Positions 10,170-18,662 of a DNA stretch of 32,000 nucleotides are shown piece by piece. Origin of the DNA: Candidatus Saccharimonadota bacterium (GTDB taxonomy: Bacteria; Pseudomonadota; Gammaproteobacteria; Enterobacterales; Enterobacteriaceae); assembly GCA_041941795.1 (NCBI GenBank), contig CP145872.1, positions 481,179 through 513,178 of the forward strand. Direction: 5' to 3'. Each line of letters begins with the position of its first letter. The first letter of the stretch is position 1. A program made the translations under genes and the position numbers. The notes under the pieces are model-generated. The model was not told the origin of the DNA and searched no databases. It saw only the letters and a program-made list of their open reading frames with translations.

Positions 10170-10198
10170 TTGGAAAAATAGAGATGTGTTTTTAAAAA
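10170..10198 (+). promoter_or_regulatory. Putative sigma-70 promoter of the tRNA operon (TTGGAA-N17-TAAAAA)
   Basis: TTGGAA at 10170-10175, a 17-nt spacer, then TAAAAA at 10193-10198, about 40 nt upstream of tRNA-Arg. This rests on a sequence pattern only, in an AT-rich context where such matches are common. Confidence 0.3.
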
Positions 10199-10238
10199 AA
10201 ATCATCGCGGGTGGATACAAAAATATCATTATCTAAAA

Positions 10239-10312
<74 letters not shown>

Positions 10313-10328
10313 CTCGAATGTTTGTAAT

Positions 10329-10405
10329 GGTGGCTATAGCTCAGTTGGTAGAGTCCTGGATTGTGATTCCAGTTGTCATGGGTTCAAGTCCCATTAGCCA
10401 CCCCA
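10329..10405 (+). tRNA. hisR: tRNA-His (anticodon GUG), with G-1 and encoded CCA
   Basis: GGTGGCTATAGCTCAGTTGGTAGAG...GATTGTGATTC...GGTTCAAGTCCCATTAGCCACCCCA matches E. coli hisR. The extra 5' G and the terminal CCA are both present. Confidence 0.95.
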
Positions 10406-10413
10406 TCAAAAAA

Positions 10414-10498
10414 GCGAAGATGGCGAAATAGGTAGCCGCGCTAGTTTCAGGAGCTAGTGTCTTAATTAGATGTGAGGGTTCAACTCCCTCTCTTCGCA
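10414..10498 (+). tRNA. leuT: tRNA-Leu (anticodon CAG), class II with long variable arm
   Basis: GCGAAGATGGCGAAATAGGTAG...AGTTTCAGGAGCT...GGGTTCAACTCCCTCTCTTCGCA matches E. coli leuT. CCA is not encoded (CTC follows the discriminator A). Confidence 0.93.
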
Positions 10499-10515
10499 CT
10501 CCAAAACAAAGTAGT

Positions 10516-10592
10516 CGGCGAGTAGCGCAGTTTGGTAGCGCAACTGGTTTGGGACCAGTGGGTCGGAGGTTCAAATCCTCTCTCGCCGACCA
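10516..10592 (+). tRNA. proM: tRNA-Pro (anticodon UGG), CCA encoded
   Basis: CGGCGAGTAGCGCAGTTTGGTAGCGCAACTGGTTTGGGACCAGTGGGTCGGAGGTTCAAATCCTCTCTCGCCGACCA is almost identical to E. coli proM. Confidence 0.95.
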
Positions 10593-10783
10593 CTAAAATA
10601 TCAAATTCATATTTACACTCATTGAATAATGATGTTATAGTGATAAAATTACTATCACTAATGTAGGAGACTGAGAAGGATCACTTAATTTTAATTAATA
10701 TTTAATTGGCATTTTTTTAAAAAAAAACTATATTTAATTGTTAATAATGCAATCTAAATGAGAAAATAAGAAGAGGCAGAGAA

Positions 10784-11437
10784 ATGTTATCTAATAGACA
10801 GAAAAAGAATGAGAATTCTATTCTCGCACAAGAAGTAATAAAAAAACGTTCGAATGTAATAATTTGGTTACTACCTCTATTAGTTATATCGTTACTCTTT
10901 CTATATTGGTATTTCCAACCCCTCCATAAAAAGGCAGAAAAACAAATTTCAAAAACTACCTTACACAAATTAAGCAACGTAAAGTTAGTTAATGTTACAT
11001 TACCGGATGGTGTTACTATCAGTATGCAAAATGATAGTGTAGAAGCAAAATTATTAAAATTTATTCAAGATCCCGCACAAAAAATAAGCGATAAACTTTG
11101 GTTAAATTTGGATTATCTAGTTTTTGATAGGACTCAAGATGACGCAAAAATAGAGTCTAAAACACATGTACAAAATATTGCTGCTATATTAAAGGCGTAT
11201 CCAAATGTAAAAATAAAAATTGGCGGCTATACTGATAGTATCGGACGAACTGAAAAAAATATAGTTTCATCACAAGCGAGAGCAGAAAGTGTTAGAAAGC
11301 AATTGATTGATTTAAAGATTGCACCTGAACGAGTGTTAGCGCAAGGTTATGGTGAGAAAAATCCTATAGCTTCTAATAATACAACTACAGGTATAATACA
11401 AACTCGTGGAGTTTCAATCAATGTTCTAGAAAAGTAA
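10784..11437 (+). CDS. Membrane-anchored OmpA-C-like (peptidoglycan-binding) domain protein
   Basis: The 217-aa ORF has one N-terminal hydrophobic helix (VIIWLLPLLVISLLFLYWYF). It then shows the OmpA_C-type signature IKIGGYTDSIGRTEKNIVSSQARAESVRKQL...GYGEKNPIASN. The usual NRRV near the C-terminus reads TRGV. It is not part of the E. coli gene order at this position. Confidence 0.7.
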   Translation: MLSNRQKKNENSILAQEVIKKRSNVIIWLLPLLVISLLFLYWYFQPLHKKAEKQISKTTLHKLSNVKLVNVTLPDGVTISMQNDSVEAKLLKFIQDPAQKISDKLWLNLDYLVFDRTQDDAKIESKTHVQNIAAILKAYPNVKIKIGGYTDSIGRTEKNIVSSQARAESVRKQLIDLKIAPERVLAQGYGEKNPIASNNTTTGIIQTRGVSINVLEK

Positions 11438-11483
11438 TAATGCTTAGATACTATTCTAACTCTTAGATTAAGAGGGTTTAATA

Positions 11484-12260
11484 ATGAGCTATGAAAAGAT
11501 AGTAACTTTGTTTGATAACTTTCAACATGCACAAGACGCTAAGAGAAATCTTTTAAAAGCAGGATTTAAAAAGCATGATATAAGTTTGATTAATAATGAT
11601 CAACTTCAAGGAGGAGCTAATATTTTAGTCCATAGGCATGATATTTGGAGACGTTTATTAGGTCAAAGTTTAACTGACCAAGAAGCTAAAATATATGGAC
11701 AGGCAGTAAAAACTGGTGGAGTAGTTTTAACTTTACGTACTAAAGAAGAAGATACTCCTAGAGCTATCAGTATTTTGAATACTCATCCTCTAGTAGAAAT
11801 GTCGGACGACACAGTTTCTAACTGTAATAACGAGGATATTATCCCAGAAAAACATCACAGTCATTTTTCTAAAGACAAAAAAAATGCCGAAGAAGAGGTT
11901 TTAGAGTTAGCAGAGGAAAAATTAGAAATTGGTAAAAAAGTTGTTTATGAAGGATCTACAAGAGTCCGGCGGTTTGTCACCCAAAAAGATGTAGAAGTAG
12001 AAATTCCTCTTCATGAAGAACATGCCTCGATTTTGAGACGCGCTCTTAGTGGTAACTGCCAATCAGCTGATAATATTGATTGGTCTGAGACAGTAGTAGA
12101 AATATCAGATACTCATGAACAACCAGTTATAAATAAAAAAGCTAATGTTGTTGAAGAAGTCATAGTGCGAAAGGAAGGTAAAGATCGAGTAGAAAAGATC
12201 CGGGATACCTTACGAAAGCAAGAAATAGAAGTAAAGCATAATGATAAATGTACTAAATAA
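11484..12260 (+). CDS. YsnF/AvaK (DUF2382)-type general-stress-like protein
   Basis: The 258-aa ORF has an N-terminal part resembling the GSP17M-like stress domain (VTLFDNFQHAQDAKRNLLKAGF...EAKIYGQAVKTGGVVLTLR). The C-terminal part has the DUF2382 pattern (LAEEKLEIGKKVVYEGSTRVRRFVTQKDVEVEIPLHEEH and VVEEVIVRKEGKDRVEKIRDTLRKQEIEV). The family call comes from pattern recognition, not a search. Confidence 0.6.
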   Translation: MSYEKIVTLFDNFQHAQDAKRNLLKAGFKKHDISLINNDQLQGGANILVHRHDIWRRLLGQSLTDQEAKIYGQAVKTGGVVLTLRTKEEDTPRAISILNTHPLVEMSDDTVSNCNNEDIIPEKHHSHFSKDKKNAEEEVLELAEEKLEIGKKVVYEGSTRVRRFVTQKDVEVEIPLHEEHASILRRALSGNCQSADNIDWSETVVEISDTHEQPVINKKANVVEEVIVRKEGKDRVEKIRDTLRKQEIEVKHNDKCTK

Positions 12261-12306
12261 CAGCTTTCACTTCTCATTATAAGAAAAAAAGTTTTCTTTT
12301 TAATTA

Positions 12307-12335
12307 AAAATGCGGACTGTCCTGGTCCGCATTTT
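12307..12335 (+). terminator. Intrinsic (potentially bidirectional) terminator after the OmpA-like/YsnF-like pair
   Basis: AAAATGCGGAC-tgtcctg-GTCCGCATTTT forms a perfect 11-bp stem with a GC-rich core, followed by TTTT. It lies 47 nt after the stop at 12260. It is one of the few GC-rich hairpins in the window. Confidence 0.6.
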
Positions 12336-12402
12336 GCATCTTCCTCAGTTCAGTTTCATTTTGCTAGGTTAATCCTTGTTGCTCATAAGTAATGGAGGCA
12401 TA

Positions 12403-12888
12403 ATGAAATTTTCTAAAATGCATAGTTTGGGTAATGATTTTATGATTGTGGAATCAATAACACAAAATATAATCGTTTCACATTCACTTATTCGTAGGAT
12501 GGCTGATCGAAGACCAGGAATAGGATTTGATCAATTTTTACTAGTTGAAATACCTAAAAATGATCATACTGATTTCCACTATCGTATTTTTAATTGTGAT
12601 GGTAACGAAGTAACACAATGTGGAAATGGAGCACGATGTTTAGCTAAGTTTGTTAATTTAAAAGGGTTAACTAACAAAAAGAATCTTATAGTTAGTACTA
12701 AAAAAGGAAAGTTATTTCTGGTAATAGAAGATAATGAACAAATATGTGTAAAAATGAACGAACCAAATTTTACGCCCGCAATAATTCCATTTCTAGCAGA
12801 TACTATTCATAATAAATATCCCATAGTAGTAGGCGATGATACTATTATGTGTAGTGTAGTATCTGGAATAATTTCTGATCTTCAATAA
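12403..12888 (+). pseudogene. dapF: Truncated diaminopimelate epimerase (N-terminal ~160 of ~274 residues only)
   Basis: MKFSKMHSLGNDFMIV...FHYRIFNCDGNEVTQCGNGARCLAKFV...NEPNF is colinear with E. coli DapF residues 1 to about 160 and includes the first catalytic Cys (QCGNGARC). The ORF ends at VVSGIISDLQ*, and uvrD begins 3 nt later. The second domain, with the second catalytic Cys, is absent. ATG 12403 is preceded by GGAGG. Confidence 0.75.
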
Positions 12889-12890
12889 AT

Positions 12891-14894
12891 TTGTTGGTGC
12901 TAAAAAAAATTGAATTTAATGATATTTTAAAATCTTTAAATGATCAACAACGGAAAGCTGTGACTACTACGCACCCCAATTTACTGGTGCTGGCAGGCGC
13001 TGGAAGTGGTAAAACTAGGGTATTAGTGCATCGTATTGCTTGGTTAGTTAAAGTACAGCATTGCTCACCACTTTCTATTATGACAGTTACTTTTAATACT
13101 CAAGCTGCCGATGAATTATGTCATCGTACTCAAAAAATACTCGGCTTAAAAGTGAGAGGAATGTGGATAGGTACTTTTCATAGTTTAGCACATCGCTTAT
13201 TACGTAATCATTATTACGCAGCCAAATTACCATCTAATTTTAGGATTATAGATCAAGCAGAGCAACTCCGATTAATAAAAAAAATAATTATTAAATATTT
13301 TCCTCAAATACGAGAGGCAGAACAGGCACTGTACTATATAAATAGTAGAAAAAATGAAGGATTGAGACCTGATACTCCTACTGAAATTAGTGAAATTCAG
13401 CATCGACAAAACCATTTTGTCCATATTTATAAAATATATCAAAGTATGTGTGATAGGGTTGGACTGGTAGATTTTTCAGAGTTATTACTGCGTGTTAAGG
13501 AAATGTGGTTAGATAATCCATCTCTTCTGCAGAAATACCGCTCCAGATTTAATCACATCTTAGTTGATGAGTTTCAGGATACCAATAATATTCAATACGA
13601 ACTTATTCAGTTGCTATCTAATAATCATAATAATATTATGATAGTAGGAGATGATGATCAATCTATTTATAGTTGGAGAGATGCTAACACGAAAAATATT
13701 CAGCGATTTATTACAGATTTTATTGAAGTAAAAATTATTAGACTCGAACAAAATTATCGATCTCCAAACTATATCCTAACTGCTGCTAATGCACTTATTG
13801 CTCATAATATAGAACGTCTCGAAAAAACACTCTGGACCAATAAGAGTGATGGAGAACGCATAACTCTTTATAAAGCTTATAACGATTTAGATGAAGCACA
13901 ATTCGTAGTAAATCGTATAAAATCATGGCACAAAACAGGAGGAAACCTAAAACAATGTGCTATTCTTTATCGTAGTAAAGCACAGTCTAAAGTTATAGAA
14001 GATGAATTATTGAAATCTAATGTACGATATTATATTTCTGGCAGGATCAAATTTTTTGAAAGACAAGAAATTCAAGATGTGTTGGCTTACCTGAGACTTA
14101 TAGTGAATCATAATGATGATCGAGCATTTGAGCGGATTTTTAATAAACCACCTAGAGGATTAGGAAAGAACACTTTGCAGGAAGTACGAAAAATTTCTAT
14201 CAATAACAATATTTCTTTATGGGATTCAGCATGTACATTAGTAAAACAATCATTCTTCTCCAAAAGAATTCGGCATGCTTTACGTTGTTTTACTTTACTG
14301 ATAGCACAATTAAAACAAAATATTGCAGAGATGGCTCTATATTTACAAGTGGATTATGTGATCAAAAATTCTGGATTAGGTACTTGGTACCAACTAAAAA
14401 TCAAGTTTCCTAAGGAACAACAATCAACGAGAATGCAAATTAAAAATCTTAAGCAGTTGGTAATTATTTCCAGACAATACAGTAATCATCAACATAAAGA
14501 AGGACGGTTTATTTTCGGCTCTCCACTCCAATCTTTTATTTATCATGCTACTAGAGAAAATTTAAGTATCGCGAATAATAATCTGCCATCCGAATATGTT
14601 GATGCCGTACAAATGATGTCAATGCACTGTGCTAAAGGATTAGAATTTCCAATAGTCTTTTTGGTAGGAATGGAAGAAGGTTGGTGTCCCACTCATTATT
14701 CTATTGAGAATAGAGTTCTTATACAAGAAGAGCGTCGCCTCGCTTATGTTGCCATGACAAGAGCCATGAAAAAATTGATAGTCAGTTGGTCTCAAAAGCG
14801 TCGACTTTATGGTAAAGAGCTTTATTATAAGCGCTCTCGTTTTATTAATGAGTTACCATCCCTATGTATTGATTATTTATCTTCTTCTAGATAA
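12891..14894 (+). CDS. uvrD: DNA helicase II UvrD, lacking the extreme C-terminal region
   Basis: It is colinear with E. coli UvrD: LNDQQRKAV, Walker A AGAGSGKTRVL, DEFQDTN, GDDDQSIYSWR, LEQNYRS, CAKGLEFP and EERRLAYVAMTRA. The start is non-ATG (TTG 12891 or GTG 12897). The protein ends shortly after SRFINELP, at 667 aa against about 720 in E. coli. Confidence 0.93.
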   Translation: MLVLKKIEFNDILKSLNDQQRKAVTTTHPNLLVLAGAGSGKTRVLVHRIAWLVKVQHCSPLSIMTVTFNTQAADELCHRTQKILGLKVRGMWIGTFHSLAHRLLRNHYYAAKLPSNFRIIDQAEQLRLIKKIIIKYFPQIREAEQALYYINSRKNEGLRPDTPTEISEIQHRQNHFVHIYKIYQSMCDRVGLVDFSELLLRVKEMWLDNPSLLQKYRSRFNHILVDEFQDTNNIQYELIQLLSNNHNNIMIVGDDDQSIYSWRDANTKNIQRFITDFIEVKIIRLEQNYRSPNYILTAANALIAHNIERLEKTLWTNKSDGERITLYKAYNDLDEAQFVVNRIKSWHKTGGNLKQCAILYRSKAQSKVIEDELLKSNVRYYISGRIKFFERQEIQDVLAYLRLIVNHNDDRAFERIFNKPPRGLGKNTLQEVRKISINNNISLWDSACTLVKQSFFSKRIRHALRCFTLLIAQLKQNIAEMALYLQVDYVIKNSGLGTWYQLKIKFPKEQQSTRMQIKNLKQLVIISRQYSNHQHKEGRFIFGSPLQSFIYHATRENLSIANNNLPSEYVDAVQMMSMHCAKGLEFPIVFLVGMEEGWCPTHYSIENRVLIQEERRLAYVAMTRAMKKLIVSWSQKRRLYGKELYYKRSRFINELPSLCIDYLSSSR

Positions 14895-14911
14895 GAGGAT
14901 TCTCTTTTTTT
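14893..14911 (+). terminator. Weak candidate intrinsic terminator after uvrD
   Basis: AAGAG-gatt-CTCTT is followed by a T-run and overlaps the uvrD stop. The stem is only 5 bp, so the call is marginal. Confidence 0.3.
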
Positions 14912-15133
14912 AGACTGCGTAGTTCGTAAAGAAAAAATAGTGAGAGTTATGAAAAAATTATATCGCGATTCTTTGGATAGAAATCTAAAGATAATAATTT
15001 TTCCCTTCCATGCAACAATATTTTTTATGAATTTTATTAAAAATCTATTGATTTCTAAGTCATTAGAAATTAAAGAATATCAAATAAAATATGTTATTTA
15101 GACCCATTCTATTGAATAGAGAGAGTGATTCCT

Positions 15134-16093
15134 ATGATAAGCGCATACAAAATAATTGATAACCGGTTGAAACGTCTAGAGCTCGATCTCAACAATTATA
15201 ATGATGATTTAGAAGATTCTATTTGGCTAGATTTAATTGAACCAGAAGTCAGAGAAAGAGAACGCATCCAAAAAATACTCGGACAAAGTTTAGCAACTCG
15301 TCCAGAGTTAAGAGATATAGAAGCTTCCGCTCGTTTTTTTGAAGATAGAGATGGTTTACATATACACTCATTCTTTTTTTATGAAGATTTTAAAGAACAT
15401 GCCGGTAATGTCACAGTGGCCTTTACTATCCGAGAGGGAAGATTATATACGTTAAGAGAAAGAGAATTACCAACTTTTAGACTTTATCGGATCCGTTCTC
15501 GCAGTCAGGTTTTACTAGAAGGTAACGCTTTTGAGCTAATGTTAGATTTATTTGAAACTAAAATAGAACAATTAGCGGACGAAATAGAGACCATTTATAG
15601 TGAATTAGAACAATTGAGTCGTATTATTATGAAAGGTAATTGCGATGAGGAAAGTGATGAAGCGTTATCTTTATTAGCAGGATTGGAAGATATTGTATGG
15701 AAGGTGCGGCTCTGCTTAATGGATACTCAGCGCGCACTTAATTTTTTAGCTCGTAAAAATCGCTTACCTCTTAAACAAATTGAACAAAGTCGAGAAATTT
15801 TGCGAGATATTGAATCCTTATTACCTCATAATGAATCTTTACTTCAAAAAGTAAATTTTTTACTACAAGCTGCGATGGGATTTATTAATATTGAGCAAAA
15901 TAGAATAATAAAAATATTTTCAGTAGTATCGGTAATATTTCTCCCTCCTACCCTAGTAGCTTCAAGTTATGGTATGAATTTCGATTACATGCCAGAAATA
16001 AAATGGATGTGGGGTTATCCGACCGCTGTTCTATTAATGTTTCTGACTGGAGCAGCCCCTTATGCCTATTTCAAATATAGAAAATGGCTTTAA
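15134..16093 (+). CDS. corA: Magnesium/cobalt transport protein CorA
   Basis: It is colinear with E. coli CorA ([44 protein letters not shown], and YGMNF in the loop between the two C-terminal TM helices). I prefer ATG 15134 (MISAYK..) over the ORF-track GTG 15125. Confidence 0.95.
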   Translation: MISAYKIIDNRLKRLELDLNNYNDDLEDSIWLDLIEPEVRERERIQKILGQSLATRPELRDIEASARFFEDRDGLHIHSFFFYEDFKEHAGNVTVAFTIREGRLYTLRERELPTFRLYRIRSRSQVLLEGNAFELMLDLFETKIEQLADEIETIYSELEQLSRIIMKGNCDEESDEALSLLAGLEDIVWKVRLCLMDTQRALNFLARKNRLPLKQIEQSREILRDIESLLPHNESLLQKVNFLLQAAMGFINIEQNRIIKIFSVVSVIFLPPTLVASSYGMNFDYMPEIKWMWGYPTAVLLMFLTGAAPYAYFKYRKWL

Positions 16094-16986
16094 TTCAAAA
16101 AAACGCACTTTTTTTATAAAATAATCAACCAATAAGAAAATTTAATTTTCTTAGAGAAGATGTCGGATGATGTAATTAGTACTTACTCTCTAATATGAAA
16201 AGAGATTATTATTTATATAATTTAAAATTGAATCTGTCTTGATTACAAGATAATAATATTTTTATTTAGTTATGACTAGAGTACTAGCTGAAAGGTGAGC
16301 TCTAATTAATCTAATCAATATTTATTCTACTTCTAAGTACTTTTAAGTCTAAATTATGTAATAAATGTTCGTCCAATCTTCGGGCGTATCGCGGCCAACA
16401 TCTATCTTATGTCAAACTTCTTCTTTTATTATTCCTGGAAATAGATGATGGATGCATCCTGATATCGAATTAAAACCTCGTAGGTGAAAAGAAATTGAAT
16501 TTTTACATGCTTCTTTAAATAGGAGCATCATTAAAAATTTTTTATTAAATATGATTCCTAAAAATAGATCCCCAAAAATAAATTTTTTTTGTTGGATAGT
16601 TAATCCATCAATTGAAGTAAAATTACTACGCATTGATAATCATGAAACATATCCTACTGGAGTAGGTCATCTTACTAAATTTTAGTATCATTTTCTGAGA
16701 AATCAGGATCGAATATATTAGCCAATGAATATCTATAGGATTGGCATGATGTGGGACTCAAAACTCCTGTCCAACTTCGTTAGAATGAATCATTCTTGAT
16801 CCAAGTAAGTTAGTGCAGTCATAGTTATTGTTATTTGCTCATTGTCTGGATTATGTCTTTTTTAAGAGATTAATTTTAATTGATTCAGTGAATCTGCATA
16901 TTTTTCTCTTATTTGCAATTGCTGTTGGTCCAGATATCATTACAACTTATTTTACGTTCAATCGATCTTAAACAAATTTAATCAAA

Positions 16987-17883
16987 TTAAAATTTGTCAA
17001 ATGAGAAAAAATTACGAGTATAATCTCTTAACCATTTATGTGCTGGAGAATTATCATTTCTAGGATGCCAAGCTTGTACTAAACAAAATTGGGGAAGTAA
17101 AATGTCGGGCTCAAAAGCAGCAATTTCAATGCGGAGTCTGGTCAAGGTATCTAAAAAAAAGATAGGCACCACTGCGAGTGAATTGGTTTTGAGGACGATT
17201 TCAATAGTAGCTAAATAGCTAGGACTAATACCTATAACTTTCCGCTGGTATCCATGAGCAAGAAAAATATCATCTACATCTGCATTTAATTTTCCTTTAG
17301 AAGTAATAAAATAATAATTAATTATATTTTCAATTTTTTTACTTTGATTAAGAATTTGATGTTTTTTATTGGCAATAATTAAGCACTTTTGCCGATATAC
17401 TGTTCGCATTTTTATTTCGGGACTTAGTGGTCTCGGTTCCCCAATATATAAGTCCACGTTCTCTTTACGTAAAAAATCCTCTGGCATATTATCATATTTA
17501 AACTCAATTAATATATTTTGTTCATTTTCATGGATTTTCTTCATAAAATTCAAGCTGAGTATTGACATAACCAGATCATTAGAAGCGATAGTAAATAAGA
17601 GTGATTGATCTCCAACCCGAAACGATACATGTTGATTTAAGACACTTTGAATATTATGAATTATATTTCTTATCTGAGGCTTCAGCTGTATTGCTAGAGG
17701 AGTTAATATTAATTGAGATCCAGAACGTACTAAAATTTGATCGTGAAAAGTATCACGAATTTTATTTAAAGATTTACTTATAGCAGGCGGGGTAACATTT
17801 AATTTTTGTGCGGTTTGACTTACACTGCATTCTTCTAATAACATATCTAAGACAATCAATAAATTTAAATCAGTACGGTGCAC
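16987..17883 (-). CDS. LysR-family transcriptional regulator, YidZ-like
   Basis: The 298-aa ORF has the N-terminal wHTH DLNLLIVLDMLLEECSVSQTAQKLNVTPPAISKSLNKIR. This resembles E. coli YidZ ([39 protein letters not shown]). The C-terminal WHPRN..P..WLR also resembles YidZ. The family is certain; the orthology is tentative. Confidence 0.75.
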   Translation of the reverse strand: MHRTDLNLLIVLDMLLEECSVSQTAQKLNVTPPAISKSLNKIRDTFHDQILVRSGSQLILTPLAIQLKPQIRNIIHNIQSVLNQHVSFRVGDQSLLFTIASNDLVMSILSLNFMKKIHENEQNILIEFKYDNMPEDFLRKENVDLYIGEPRPLSPEIKMRTVYRQKCLIIANKKHQILNQSKKIENIINYYFITSKGKLNADVDDIFLAHGYQRKVIGISPSYLATIEIVLKTNSLAVVPIFFLDTLTRLRIEIAAFEPDILLPQFCLVQAWHPRNDNSPAHKWLRDYTRNFFSFDKF

Positions 17884-18557
17884 AATAAAATCTCCCCTCT
17901 AGTCACAAAATTATCCGCTTTAATAAACAAGCTAGGAGTCTCACATTTTTCTCACCTTATCATTTCATTAAAATTTAAGTTAACATATTTTGATATTAAA
18001 AATCATTATAATTAAGGTACCAATGGATTCACGCAATAATGGGAATTATCATAAAATATTTAATAATATGAATCTCCAGGATAGGTTTTTAATTATGTTG
18101 ACATGTTACCAATAATGGTTGAAATCTTGAATTTTTTATCTCTGATAATAAGAGTATGGGGATGACCAATTTTAATCTCCATCTTATTTCTTACCACAGT
18201 AATTTTTAACATTTATCTTGTATTACTTTATTCATGCATCCTCATGAAATGAAGCTGAAGGTAATTGAAGAATGTGTAAATATGTACCGATCCCACATTC
18301 TATTTTTGCAAATACTCGATAAGAAAAAGAATATTTCTTTTTACATCTAAAATTAGATATGATAATATTATCTCAATGTTCTGGCAAAGACTTCCAGAAG
18401 TCATTAGCAGATTATCTTCAACCATAGATAATACTTTGCTTATTAACTTACTGAATAGCATTATGTAAAAGTTTATATTATGACATTTATGAAAAAATAA
18501 TGGTAATGAAATCTTATTTCCTTTGGATTAAATATTATTATCTCTTTTGACAAAGGG

Positions 18558-18584
18558 TTGAATACTATTTATTTCTCCCCATAT
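18558..18584 (+). promoter_or_regulatory. Sigma-32 (heat-shock) type promoter of hslVU
   Basis: TTGAAT (18558-18563), 13 nt, then CCCCATAT (18577-18584) fits the E. coli sigma-32 consensus cTTGAAa-N13/14-CCCCATnT. It lies about 79 nt upstream of the hslV ATG. CCCC is conspicuous in this AT-rich spacer. Confidence 0.6.
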
Positions 18585-18662
18585 AAAAAAAAGAATATAA
18601 TGTATGATTATGTTTTAGACAAAAACCATCTTTTCCTTTAAAGGATAGGAGCTTATTCCTTC

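Noticed and set aside
10341-10574. A 77-aa minus-strand ORF.
   Set aside because: It runs antisense through tRNA-His, tRNA-Leu and tRNA-Pro and is an artefact of the GC-richer tRNA sequence.
10741-10977. A 78-aa minus-strand ORF overlapping the 5' end of the OmpA-like gene.
   Set aside because: It is antisense to a better-supported 217-aa ORF with a domain signature, and no motif is recognisable.
16412-16633. A 73-aa minus-strand ORF in the corA-LysR spacer, considered as a real small gene.
   Set aside because: It has no convincing RBS, its Phe/Ile/Lys-rich low-complexity sequence is typical of random AT-rich ORFs, and I recognise no family. It is kept only as a note within the spacer finding.
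16653-16666. The palindrome CCTACTGGAGTAGG shares arms with the hairpin CCTACTC...GAGTAGG at about 8084-8107. I considered a dispersed repeat family or REP-like element.
   Set aside because: There are only two short (6-7 nt) arm matches and no further copies in the window. That is insufficient to call a repeat family.
16987-17883. Reading the second LysR gene as metR, which lies in the corA region of E. coli.
   Set aside because: The N-terminal HTH and C-terminus do not resemble MetR. They resemble the YidZ/LeuO-like DLNLL subgroup instead.
18093-18212. A 39-codon minus-strand ORF (MLKITVVRNKMEIKIGHPHTLIIRDKKFKISTIIGNMST) in the spacer upstream of hslV. I briefly considered it CsrA-like.
   Set aside because: It has no Shine-Dalgarno sequence, and its similarity to CsrA is superficial, limited to the ML..T start. 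It is most likely a chance ORF or gene debris.
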